From Octopus vulgaris (Eukaryota), in assembly GCA_951406725.2 (NCBI GenBank), contig OX597816.1:43586001-43650000 (forward strand): DNA of 64,000 bases, read 5' to 3'. Position numbers and translations under genes: made by a program. Within the stretch, counting starts at the first letter, position 1; each line of letters opens with the position of its first letter. Shown here one piece after another: positions 25,534 to 37,200 of this stretch. The notes below the pieces were generated by a model. The model had not been told where the DNA came from. It searched no databases and saw only the letters and a program-made list of their open reading frames with translations.

Positions 25534-26776
25534 TTGAGTCATCCCATGAATAATGCATTTTTCAATTGCATGAACTAAAAGTCAGAGAGGGACCTGCAGC
25601 AACTTGCTATAAAAGAAGGTAGTAATGTAACCTTGTACTTATTGTTTGTGCAAGTTTTGAAGAGTGCTGTTCGATTTTAAGAGTTATTTTTGCAAAGCTA
25701 TAGTGACAAAGTAGCATATTCAGCATATTTTGCTTTATGAGTTCAATAAAGGCAACAACGTAGCGGAAAGTGCGAAGAATATTAATGCAGTATATGGGGA
25801 TTGGGCAATAAGCATAAACCAGTGTCAACAGTGCTTTCAGAAATTTCGTGCCGGAAACCTCATCCTAGTAGACGTGCCTCGGCTTGGAAGATTTGTAGAG
25901 CTCGACGAGGACGTCCTGCTGGAACAAAATCCCATCGTAACTATTGAGGAACTAGCAGAGAAGCTTGGATTTGGTCATTCAACCATTCATTGACACCTGC
26001 GTGCCATCGGAAAAGTCAGCAAATTGGGTCAATGGATTCCTCACAAACTCTCCGAGTCTAATCGCGCGCAAAGAGTGAATACGTGCTCTTCTTTGCTGTC
26101 ACGTCTCACGAATGAACCTTTTTCGGATTGAATAGTAACTAGTGGCGAGACATGAGTTCTCTATAAGAATATCAAGCGCCGAAGACAATGGGTAGAGAAA
26201 GGAGAAACACCGGCACTCCAAGCCAAAAAAGGTTTTTACCCACGTAAGGTGTTGTTATCTGTTTGGTGGGATATGAAAGGTTTAGTCCACTTTGAACTTT
26301 TTAACCCAAACCAAACGATAACAAGGAGATCTATTGCTAGCAGCTTGAGCGGCTTAAGTTAGCGCTAGAAAATAAACGAACATCTTTGGTTTCAAGACGA
26401 AATGTTTTCTTCCATCATGATAATGCTCGGTCATATACAGCGAGTATGACATTCCAAAGGCTGGAGAAGTTTCAGTGGGAAACGATGTTCCACCCACCGG
26501 ACATTGCCCCACCTGATTATCATTTATTCTGCGATCTTCAAAATCATTTGGACGGAAAAATATTAATTCTGTAGACAAGCTAGAACAGTACTGCAGGAGT
26601 ATTTTTCGTCAGGGACAAATGAATTTTAGAAGAGAGGCCTTGCAAGTCTACCAGAGATGGAAGAGCATTGTAGAAAATGAAGGAGAGTATATTTTAGATT
26701 TAAAAAAGGACTTTGTTTATCTTAATTTTGAATAATAAAAGTACAGAAAATCCGCATTATTTATGGGATGACCCAA
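25534..26776 (+). mobile_element. Full-length decayed mariner transposon (~1.24 kb, probably mellifera-like)
   Basis: TA-flanked TIRs ttgagtcatcccatgaataatgc / gcattatttatgggatgacccaa; contains transposase relic. Confidence 0.95.
25700..26703 (+). pseudogene. Mariner DD34D transposase pseudogene
   Basis: HILLYEFNKG HTH start, WIPHKL (WVPHEL motif) at 26033, HHDNAR, HPP-DIAPPDYHLF (YSP deleted); in-frame stops and frameshifts. Confidence 0.93.
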
Positions 26777-27614
26777 TATATGAGAATCACATTCTGTTAA
26801 GTTTTTTGCATCAGAGTTAGTAGTTCTTAATTTTAATTCTGTTAATTGCATAATTGTATTTTGTTAAATGAAAAATAATTCTCGAATCACCTTTTAATTA
26901 ACCTCAAAGTTGTCAGCTTTAGTGGATCGATTAAACACACTGTAAATATTCTGTTTGTTTTCCATTTCCTGAACTTCGATAATTCTTGACTGTTTACTTA
27001 ACTAATACTTAAAGAATATGCTAATTTTGTTTACACTGAAGAACTATAATGAAATGTTAGCGATAATAATTAGGCGGTTCCAATGCATTTAGTTATTTAT
27101 TCAGTGAATGAACTGATTCCTGAAGGCGTGTGATTTATAAATAACGGTGTTGGGCTAGCAATCATTAAATTTGGCGTTCGATTCCTGAACATGGTGGTGT
27201 ATTGTGTCTTTGAGTAAGGTTCTTCATTTCACGTTGTTCTAGTAAATTTCGTGGATAACGGGTACCAGCGGCAATTGGTGTGCTTGCCTTAGACGTACTA
27301 GTGTCTCGTTGATGACTAAGCATTCAATCCCGTTGATAAAACCCATGTTAGGTACATTCGTTAGAAAGACCGCCAAAGATACCACTTTGGTTATCTGAGA
27401 TGTGTAATTAATACCTGACTTGGTTTAACACTAACACTATTAAACGTATCGCTGCCCTTATCAGATTTTACTACCCTGCAAGCTTTTAGGTCAAGTCTCT
27501 CGTCTCGTTTTTCCCGACACAAGTACTAGAGTCTCTGGAAAATCATAGGCGTTTCGCTTTCCCTCATTGGCTATCACAATGAAACAAATTGTTTTACACC
27601 ACTTCATTTCATTT

Positions 27615-27616
<2 letters not shown>

Positions 27617-27673
<57 letters not shown>
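27617..27673. repeat. (TA)n microsatellite
   Basis: Direct reading. Confidence 0.95.
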
Positions 27674-27678
<5 letters not shown>

Positions 27679-27920
27679 AACATAAACAATAACAGAGACT
27701 GAACACTTTCCATTCTTTTCTTACACAAATATTTAATATTTTTCAATGATCAAAAAGAAATCAATACGATTTGTTATTAAAACAGCTACAAAGAATCTAG
27801 AACAACGAACTGAATTTCATTCCGAGAGCAAATTTTACCGGGCTGCACTTTGTCACTATTATCTCAGATATAACAGATTGCAGCAGATAAAAAAAAAGTA
27901 AACGGTATTGTTCCAAATAA

Positions 27921-28157
27921 AGGCGGCGAGCTGGCAGAAACGTTAGCACGCCGGGCGAAATGCTTAGCGGTATTTCGTCTGCGTTACGTTGTGAGTTCAA
28001 ATTCCGTCGAGGTCGACTTTGCCTTTCATCCTTTCGGGGTCGATAAATTAAGTACCAGTTACGCACTGGGGTCGATGTAATCGACTTAATACCTATGTCT
28101 GTCCTTGTTTGTCCCCTCTGTGTTTAGCCCCTCGTGGGTAATAAAGAAATAGGTATT
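27921..28157 (+). mobile_element. SINE family B, full length, young, with long TSD
   Basis: ggtattgttccaaataaa at 27904-27921 and 28152-28169; core gcctttcatcctttcggggtcgataaattaagtaccag. Confidence 0.95.
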
Positions 28158-28241
28158 GTTCCAAATAAAAAAAGGCAATATTTGAAAGTTGTTGTAGGTT
28201 AGCTCTATACGAACTGTAGCTGAGCAGACATACAGATGACG

Positions 28242-28286
28242 GCCTTTTAAGAACTGGTCAGCCTTATAAGAACTGGCCAGCCTTAT
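28242..28286 (+). repeat. ~2.4 x 19-bp tandem repeat
   Basis: gccttttaagaactggtca gccttataagaactggcca gccttat. Confidence 0.85.
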
Positions 28287-29274
28287 CATTTATTGGATAG
28301 GGTATCGAGAATCTTAATCTACGTGACTTTGTTTCGTTAAACAATATAGTGCGATTTAAGTAAGATGTAGTTGCTATTTCCAGAAATACACGGAAACCCG
28401 TAGAAGCACAATTGTTGGTTCAGAATGCGATATCACTGTTTGGTTGGTAGGTTGGTATTGATTCTCTGTAGAGGTTAATTAGATTCAGTTATATAGCTGC
28501 TCTCTTGCATCACTAATGCCATAAAGAAAATTTATGAATATCCTACTAACTCATTTTCCTCGTCTATAAATTTTGTCTTTGTGCTTATGTAACAAAGAAA
28601 TATTCTGACAATAGAGAATGTTCTAGGATTGATTTATCCTTTTATTGAACGACTACGTGAACGGGTTCTATTTCCTGTTACATCATCAATGCACAAGAAA
28701 AAAAGGCATGAACGTCACAGCTTCTCTCATACTCATTTCCTCAACCTTGAAATCTTTGAATGCAAGCTTTTATGTTAAACAATCACTCACTTATGGTTTA
28801 GACATTAGCGAAATTATTAGTCTTTATATATTGTTGCTGGAATTTTGGAATTGCTTATTGCTTGCAACTTTACATGAAAGCACCACAGGTAGTCTGTTCA
28901 TACAACATCTGAAAAACATTTAAATTCAAACCAGACTTGGAAGCAATCATCATTATAACAGTGGGAAAGCATGTAATCAATCACCGTGCATTTTCTGATT
29001 ATGCACCAGTGAGAATTTTTTTTTTGTTGGTTCTGTTAGATATAAATATGAAATATAGACACGTATTGTAATATAAAAATACCGTCAGACAAGTCAGCGG
29101 CAAATAACAACATACGAAACACATTCACATAAATTCAGAAATAACATAATAGCATTTATGCATACAAACTTACTTACATACACACACACAGGCACGTGTG
29201 TACACATGCTTGATTGTAAGTATTATTGCGAATATCTGCACGCCTTTCTTCTGTACGTGTGTATAATTTAAAGA

Positions 29275-29683
29275 CGTAGCCATGACTGTATGGTTGTGAA
29301 GTTTGCTTGGATCTACGTGATTTCAGGTACTAGTTCAATCCCACTGTGCAGCATCTGGGAAACTTGGGAAAGCGTTTTCTGTTATAGACTTGAAAGTGGA
29401 TTTGGTTGAGAAATATACATATGTTGACCCATTAATCCCAACGCATTTTTTCTCTTTCCGTTTTTTTTCTCGTTCTCTCGCCATTTTTTCTCTCTCAATG
29501 CTTTTTGTGGAAGAGCGTAGGCTTGAAACGTCAAAGACTTTTCCATTCTTCCAGAGCGTCAAACTAATACACCTGCTCGTTGTTCCTCCACCTGTTTTTG
29601 TCTTTCGTTTTCTATAAATTTGAACAATATATATATATATAGATAGATACACACACACACGCACACACACACACACGTACACA

Positions 29684-29751
<68 letters not shown>

Positions 29752-29947
29752 GCCTGAGTGTGTCTGTGTGAGCGTGCATCTCTCTACACCCTCGGCAACA
29801 AATAGTGTTGAGTTCATTATGTCCCTCTTAGTGATTTGGTAACAACAGACAATGGAATAGGTACTTATCCAGCGACGAGTTTTTCAAATTAGTTCTTGAA
29901 GGCAGAGCCCCAGCATAGATATAATTCGATGACTGAAACAAGAAGAA
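29275..29947 (+). mobile_element. Old SINE family A interrupted by a Penelope-like fragment and microsatellites
   Basis: Head 29275-29410 (ttcaatcccactgtgcagcatc...gtggatttggt), 3' half 29760-29947 (ttgaaggcagagccccagcat...gatgactgaaacaag). Confidence 0.65.
29410..29627 (+). mobile_element. Penelope-like element terminal (pLTR) fragment with degenerate minimal hammerhead motif
   Basis: Pyrimidine-rich leader then gtggaagagcgtaggcttgaaacgtcaaaga (hairpin-GAAA-CG-TC), ends in (TA)n. Confidence 0.5.
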
Positions 29948-30259
29948 AATGACATACAAACACACAAACACACAAACGCATACACACACGCTCACTCGTA
30001 CGTGCGCGCAAACAATTGCAATTTGGGATGCTGTTTGGGCGTCGTATATAGTACGCAGAGATATTCCATACAGGCGCATGATGCGTATTCAAATTAACGT
30101 GACCTGGTCATCACAGACATCGGTCACTTCGGGTATCATCAGCTGATATATATAGATTCATATTTATACATGCGAGTATGTCTGCCTGCTTGTCTGTCTA
30201 TCAATCTATCAACACACACACAGACACACGTCTGTGTTGTGTATCGAAATGTATATATA

Positions 30260-30796
30260 TTGGGTTGTCCGGAAAATTCGTGCCGATTTATAATAGCTTA
30301 CCTTTCGACTTATTTTAGAACATCGTTGAGTCCATAAAATAGGATTTGACTACACTTCTATTTAGAGAACAGTTTAAGCTATCTTTTCGTCTTAATTCTA
30401 TAACCCTTTAAAATGGAAGATAAGAAAGTTCATTTCGGCACTTGATGCTTTGAGAACGAGACAAAAATTGCTGCAGCTCGGCTGGGATGTGTTACCCCCA
30501 CCCTCCATATTCACCAGATATTGCTCCTTCGGATTTTCACTTATTCAGGTGTCTGCAGAATAGTCTTAATGGTAAAAATTTCAATTCCTTGGATGATATA
30601 AAAAGATACCTTGATGAATTATTTGCCATGAAACCACCTCAATTCTGGGAAGAGGGTATTTTCAAGTTAAAGGAAAGATGGAGACGAATTGTGCAACAAA
30701 ATGCTTCATATTTCTTTGATTAAAAATGTAATGGCAAGTATTTATTGACCGTTTTCTTTCCTTTAAAAATCGGCATGAACTTTCCGGACAACCCAA
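30260..30796 (+). mobile_element. Internally deleted mariner (537 bp)
   Basis: TA-flanked ~30-bp TIRs ttgggttgtccggaaaattcgtgccgattt / aaatcggcatgaactttccggacaacccaa; MEDKKVHFRHLML (ATG 30413) joined to TRQKLLQLGWDVLPHPPYSPDIAPSDFHLF... Confidence 0.95.
30455..30723 (+). pseudogene. Mariner transposase C-terminal fragment
   Basis: PHPPYSPDIAPSDFHLFRCLQNSLNGKNF...GIFKLKERW. Confidence 0.92.
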
Positions 30797-30802
30797 TATA
30801 AG

Positions 30803-30828
30803 TGTATGTATGTATGTATGCATGTATG

Positions 30829-30906
<78 letters not shown>

Positions 30907-30985
30907 CATCTATCTGTCTGTCCATCTATCTATCTGTCCATCTATCTATCTGTCCATCTATCTATCTGTCCATCTATCTATGCAT
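30803..30985. repeat. (TATG)/(TCTA)/(TCTG) compound microsatellite
   Basis: Direct reading. Confidence 0.95.
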
Positions 30986-31650
30986 GCCATATATTGTTGC
31001 TTCCTTTAGATAATGTATGCGCGCGTGTGTGTGTTTGTGGGTGGGTGGTAATTCTTTTTTTTTTCTGTTAAAATGAATTTCTTTAATATGACTCTAGGTT
31101 AAAACATGTGTAGAACATTTCCTGTCTGCGACGGTGGTACGTTTGTTACTACGGGTCACATCGGAGACTGCAAAGAGATATGCTTCGTTACGTTTCTTCT
31201 ATCTATTACTGGCAGGAATGCTTCGTACTCATATCTTCCACATTTACAAAGAATGAAATTCTATTCAAACATTGGGGTGTAAATCATACAGAGCTCCTCT
31301 CTTTACATGTGTAAACTCTCTTCTCATCTCTTCTGCCTTTATCTCTAGCAGGTTCTGTTCGACTTGTAACATCTTTTTGTAGTTACAGTACGCATTAATT
31401 TAGTTTTTAACCTGTTCTTTGTACATGTTCTATGTACATGTCCATGTATCATTTCTTTAGAAATTTAACTTTCTGGAAAATATAACTGAGCGACTAATAC
31501 TTGCTACTTTAATCTGTAGTGTGAAGGCACGTGAAATAGCGAATGACTGTTTGGATCTGGACCGTAAACTCATGAGTTCGAATCCTGTGCGGGAAGGCAC
31601 ATCTTGTCCTTGAGCAAGATACTTCATGTCACTTTCACGATCTTATAATA

Positions 31651-32050
31651 TTCTTTTATTCTTTTACTTGTTTCAGTCATTTGACTTCGGCCATGCTGGA
31701 GCACCACCTTAAAGGGTTTTAGTCGAAGAAATCGACCGCAGGACTTGTTCTGTGTAGGCCTAGTACTTATTCTATCGGTTTCTTTTACCTAAAACACTAA
31801 AATCTGTTGTCAAGCGATGGTGGGGGTCGGACACACACACATACGCACACACACACGCACGCACACACACATATATGCAAACACACACATGACAGGGGTC
31901 TTTCAGTTTCCGTGTACAAAATCCATTCAGAAGGCTTTGATCGGCGGAGGCTACAGTAGAAGACACTTTCCCAAGGTGTCATGCAGTGGGACTGATCCTG
32001 AAACCATGTAGTTGGGAAACAAGTTTCTTACCACACAGACACGCCTGCAC
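31651..32050 (-). mobile_element. SINE family A
   Basis: ttttacttgtttcagtcatttgac...ccatgctggagcacc...gcagtgggactga...cttaccacacag. Confidence 0.88.
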
Positions 32051-32375
32051 ATTCCCTCTATTTGCTATTTCTAACCCCAAAACACGTTAATGCTATATCG
32101 TACAGAGAAATAGAACTCATTATTATACGTTATTGCCTTTCGTGCAATATACGAGTAATATGTATCTGGAATACTCAAAATTATGTGTTTTTCTAGCCAG
32201 TCCTTTTGAAATATAGAGAAGAATGTTATTTTTACCATTGGAATTAGTATTGATATTATCGTTTTTCATTCAGTTTCATGTAGCCTGTTTCACTCTAAAG
32301 TGCACGTTCATGTTTCATATTCTTGGAGATTGTGCTGCATTCTGTTTTGTTGTTGTTGTTGTTGTTGTTGCTATT

Positions 32376-32768
32376 AAGGCGGCGAACTGGCAGAAACGTT
32401 AGCACGCCGGGCGAAATGCCTAGCGGTATTTCGTCTGCCGTTACGTTCTGAGTTCAAATTCCGACGAGGTTGACTTTGCCATTCATCCTTTCGGGGTCGA
32501 TTAAATAAGTACCAGTTACGCACTGGAGTCGATATAATCGACTTAATCAGTTTGTCTGTCCTTGTTTGTACTCTCTGTGTTTAGCCCCATTGTGGGTAGT
32601 AAAGAAATAGGTATTTCGTCCGTCGCTCCGTTCTGAGTTTAAATTCTGCCGAGGGCGAATTTGCCTTTCATTCTTTCGGATTCGATAAAATAAGTAGCAG
32701 TTGCGGGGTCGATGTAATCAATTCATCCCCTTCCCCAAAATAGCTCCCCTTATTACAAAATTTGAAAC

Positions 32769-32770
<2 letters not shown>
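32376..32770 (+). mobile_element. SINE family B dimer (full copy joined to a 5'-truncated copy at ggtatttcgtc)
   Basis: ...aaagaaataggtatttcgtccgtcgctccgttctgagtttaaattc... restarts the internal sequence; ends in (ATT)n. Confidence 0.88.
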
Positions 32771-32800
<30 letters not shown>

Positions 32801-33293
32801 GTGTTGTTTTCAAATGTGTGTTCGTCGCGTATACGTCTCGCGGTATGGCTCCGAGTAAATTTAGATAATTAACATGTTTTGCTGGATACATTCTCCTCTC
32901 TTTTTTGAATATTTTTTCAAATAGCAGGATTCGAAGCTATTGAACTTTTTTTTTTTGCTGTTCTAAGGATAGACAAGATGTCTGTCCTTTATTTTTTTAC
33001 ATTTATCTTTTCTTTCATTTTTCGAAATATAGTCTTCTGTTTGTAACCTGCTGAGCATGTCTTCTTTTAGAAGAATTTCAGTAAAAGATTTTTAACAAGA
33101 AACGAAATAGCACTAAAACACTCAAAAGTAAATGGCAAGATAATTTTCGACTACACAAAAATGCAATTAAAAAAAATGATAAACACATATACGGATGAAT
33201 ATTGTAATCATGTTGTAAGATCCGCTCGCAAGCACAGATCGTTCACAATTTGACATCTGAAAACCCAAAATATTCACAAGAGTAAGAGAAATA

Positions 33294-33685
33294 CAGTGAT
33301 ACCTCGCAGTACAAGTTTAATTCGTTTCACGACCAAGCTCGTCTTACGATTTACTCGTTTTACAAATCAATTTTCACCTATGCAATTAACTAAAATATGA
33401 TTAATACGTTCCAGCCCCGCAAAACAACTCAAAATTTTTTTATGGGTTTTAAAACAGAAAAAATTGGAGTTACAATTAAAAGGACCATTATACAATTATA
33501 ACAAATAGAATGCAAAAGAAATATATAAATTGGTTTTATTAACTGAATTACCTTAATGATGGGACGATTTGTGTGCTCGTACAGTGGATTTTCGCTCGTA
33601 TTTCAAGACAAAAATTCACAAGAAGTCTCGGCTCGTACAGCAAATTACTCGTACAGTGGTGCACTCGCACTGCGAGGTTCTACTG
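33294..33685. mobile_element. Tigger/pogo-like MITE
   Basis: TA|cagtgatacctcgcagtac ... gcactgcgaggttctactg|TA terminal inverted repeats. Confidence 0.85.
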
Positions 33686-33967
33686 TACGAGCAATAAAAA
33701 CGATAACGGAACTTGTGTTATATTAACCCTTTGATTGTTGAAAGCATTTTCAAAAGTCTGTCCTAAACGTTCATGCTTGTTTCACACGTTCTGAGTTATA
33801 TAAAGTATTCCTTTCATATGTTCCAAATAATAAATTACTCTGATGGTTGAATAGAAAATGGTAATGTGTATAATATTTGCGGCATAGGTGCCAGGGGAAT
33901 GTTTCGTGTCACGAGATTAATTCCGTCCTTGTAAATTTGCTCGTCTCGAGCTAAAATTTGAAAGCAT

Positions 33968-34180
33968 TAAAGACGACGAACTGGTAGAAATTCCACCATG
34001 CCGGACAAAAAGCCTATAGGCATTTCTTCCGGTTTTATGTTATAATTTCAAATTCCGCAGAGTTTGACTTTGCCTTTTAGTTTTTTCGGGGTCGATAAAG
34101 TAAGTACCACTTGAGCACAGAGGTCGATGTAACTGGCTTCTCGATATAATTACTGGTCTTGAGCCAAATTTAGAAAGAAT
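33968..34180 (+). mobile_element. SINE family B, older variant
   Basis: aagacgacgaactggtagaa...tttcaaattccgcagag...ggggtcgataaagtaagtacc. Confidence 0.75.
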
Positions 34181-35083
34181 CATTAAATCTATAAATAAAT
34201 ATATTCAGTAAAGAAACGATTGTTGCAATCGATATTTTTATTATTATCATTCGGATGTTGAAAGGCTTCACTTATGTCTTTCATGGCGCATATATAAACA
34301 ACCTGTATTTTTTTTTTTTTTTGTTTGAGAGTGTGTAGGAATGTTCTCTCTTTTGGGGGAGATGTTTGAGCTGCGACTAATTAGCCATTTGTTATACTTT
34401 TCCTTAGACGTTATTGTGTTCTTATTGATGTCTATGTCCACTGGAATTGCATGTATTGTATTTGAAGGTGATCGTGTATAATGTGTTCCGCGTTAGTCAC
34501 ACTATATTGTTTGAGTTAAACGTAGAATATGGGGTTCTGAAGGTCGTGTTATTATATTCACTTGAGTCAAATGCGTATCGTACTTAATAAGACTATACAT
34601 TTGATTTGTGCATATTTTTGACTAATGGCCGATAAGAAATTAGAAAAAAAATCACAGACAAGTAAGAGAAGTAGGAGGGGGAGGGTGAAGAGAGAGTATA
34701 AATGACAGAAATTATGGGAGATGGTATAAAATGACAAATTTATTTTATTTTAATTTTGTTTTAGGTAATATATATTTTTCGTCTTCAAAACTTAATATTA
34801 ATTTCATTTTTCATAAGCACCAAGCAAATCGATAAAGGTTAAATTATAATTACTGTATGTACACCATATTCTACGAAATTACACATGGTGGAAAAAGTAT
34901 CCTTACAAATATTTTATAGTAAATAAAAATTTGTTGGTACTACTTTTACTTTCATATTCTTCACCTTGCTTATTTTGATTTCAGGTTACTTGTGCCCCAA
35001 ATAGCTTTTCAACACCTTTTGCAAGTGTTGCTTCTTTCTTTTATTTAATTCTGTTAATTTGAATACGCTTCTTGAATATATAA

Positions 35084-35116
35084 TTCTCAGCCTTTTGGCT
35101 AAAACCAAAGCGAGTA
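35084..35116 (+). pseudogene. U2 snRNA 5'-end fragment
   Basis: ttctcagccttttggctaaaaccaa vs U2 TTCTCGGCCTTTTGGCTAAGATCAA; similarity stops near the branch-point recognition region. Confidence 0.55.
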
Positions 35117-36589
35117 GACCTTATATTTGGAAATAAGGGCCTTATATATTTTTAAAAGGATTGTCTGGTCTGTATGAGTGTGGTAGATTGGCAACTGCCT
35201 CAGAAAATATGCTCTGTGGTACTTCTTCAGTGTCTTTACGAGCTAAGTTTAAATCCTGCTGTGGACAACGTTGCATTTCAATTCATATTAAACTGTTTTG
35301 GGCGGAAGTGGATTGAAACAAAAAGTCATTAGGGTGTTGGTAACTGAAACAGAGATAATTCAAAGTAGACGTGATGCGAAAAGATGATTTGGGATCATCT
35401 AATTAACTAACCATCTCCCTTCTTAATACATAATCACACAAACTCATACGCATAGACACACTCACTCACGCACACTCTAGAAGACAGAGGTACACACACA
35501 AATACATACACGCATGCTTACACAAACACACGAATATGCAGAATACATACGTACGTACACATACGCAAACATACACACACATACACACACATACATACAT
35601 ACATACTTACATACATATATGCATACACAAGCACACCTGTACACTGGTGCACGCACATGCGCACAAGCAGACAAAAGGAACCCATCTCTAATAACGGACA
35701 GTCAACATCCATTTACAAGGTTGCAAAAGCAGCGAAAATTTTGGAAGACAAAAAAATAGAAATACTAAAAGAGCGGAAATTGAATCGTTGATCGTGTTAC
35801 ATATTAAAGCATTAAGGTAGTATGACTCTCCCCAGACACAACAAAATTTATATTGAGTGTTTAGTCTTTACATCACGTTAGTCTCTATTCTACTTCATTT
35901 AGTTTAGATGCGGCATTCCATTCAAGCTTTTAGTCCTCAGCTTTTGCACTATTGTTATTTTTTCCTGTCGTGTTATTATCTTTTACTCTCCAGTCTAGTC
36001 TTTCTCTTTTGCTTTTTTCTACCTTTTATTTTGGCATGGCTTTGTTACATTTTGTGTTTATCTATATCTTAATGTACTTAGCTTATAATTTGTAACGTAT
36101 ATTAGCTTTACATAGAGATAAATATTCCTCCCGTTGTTTTCCATTATACCTTTTATTATGTTAACCAATTTTCCTTTATTCTCTTGTGAAATCTTTTAGA
36201 AATCCATTTCTTTCAGATTGCGTGTTAGATATATTCTATGTGTATCAGCTTCGGAATGACACACTTAGAATTCAGTTAGCAGCTTTCTTATTCTCTTATC
36301 TGAGTTCTTTAGTTTTTAATACGCTGAAGCTTTAGCGTAAGACTAAAATTAATAGCGTATATATTTTTATTATCTTTCTTCTAGCTCAGTTCTTTAAGAT
36401 TTGTCTGACTGATTCTAAGCTGATAATGTGAAAGAAACCATAGAATTTCATACTAAATACTTTTCCTTATTTAGTTACTTCCCTTTAACGTTACGATTTT
36501 AAATCTTAGTAAATAGACATTGACATACATCATGTCAATTTTCATGTTATTAACAAGTACCAGTGAAAAACTGATATCATTTAATTCAA

Positions 36590-37200
36590 GTATGACGCTC
36601 GTACAAAATGGTAATGTGAGAAATTTTCCATGTAGTCTTCTAATGTTTCCTTCTCTTCGGTACATTGTTTGTGAATCACCATCTACTCCTAACTAATTTT
36701 ATGGCTCTCACTGTTTCAATAACCTAATTTTGGTGCCAAAATCTAAAGGAAATATATTATGTTTTATATTTCTTGTTGTTCATGAAAGCCAGGCTTGCCT
36801 TAATTATGTAGACATTTTGGCTAGGATCATCTCATTCCTTCTTTTTATATTGTTTCTCATAAACTTCATTTAAGACTACATCATCCGACTTGACCTTTCT
36901 TTTCTTTCTTTCATTTTTTCTTCTTATTTTTTTTCTTTTATTTTGTTTTGAGAAGTTACTCTAACACTTATCAAAACTCTTACCAATTTTAATATCTTTG
37001 TTGTGTGCACCGAGGAAATACTCCAGCTGTGTGTTATGTCTGGTTCCTAGATTTTTTTCTTTAAATCATCCATAAAAAGAAGATAGTTTATATGTTTTTT
37101 GCATTTATACCTAAATGTGGTTTGACTCAGGATATCTTAGTTAAATCCTTGTTTGACAAAAGACAGACGCTCCCTGGGAAGCTCAGCTTTTTTATGGAGA
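36590..37200 (-). pseudogene. Degenerate non-LTR retrotransposon RT relic (R4/Dong-like motif)
   Basis: Minus strand 37091-37059 reads INYLLFMDDLK; frameshifted FQG-like motif about 100 nt upstream (37160-37200). Confidence 0.55.

Noticed and set aside
34984-35135. Possible next exon giving MDFRLLVPQIAF...
   Set aside because: No convincing donor, runs to a stop and overlaps the U2 fragment
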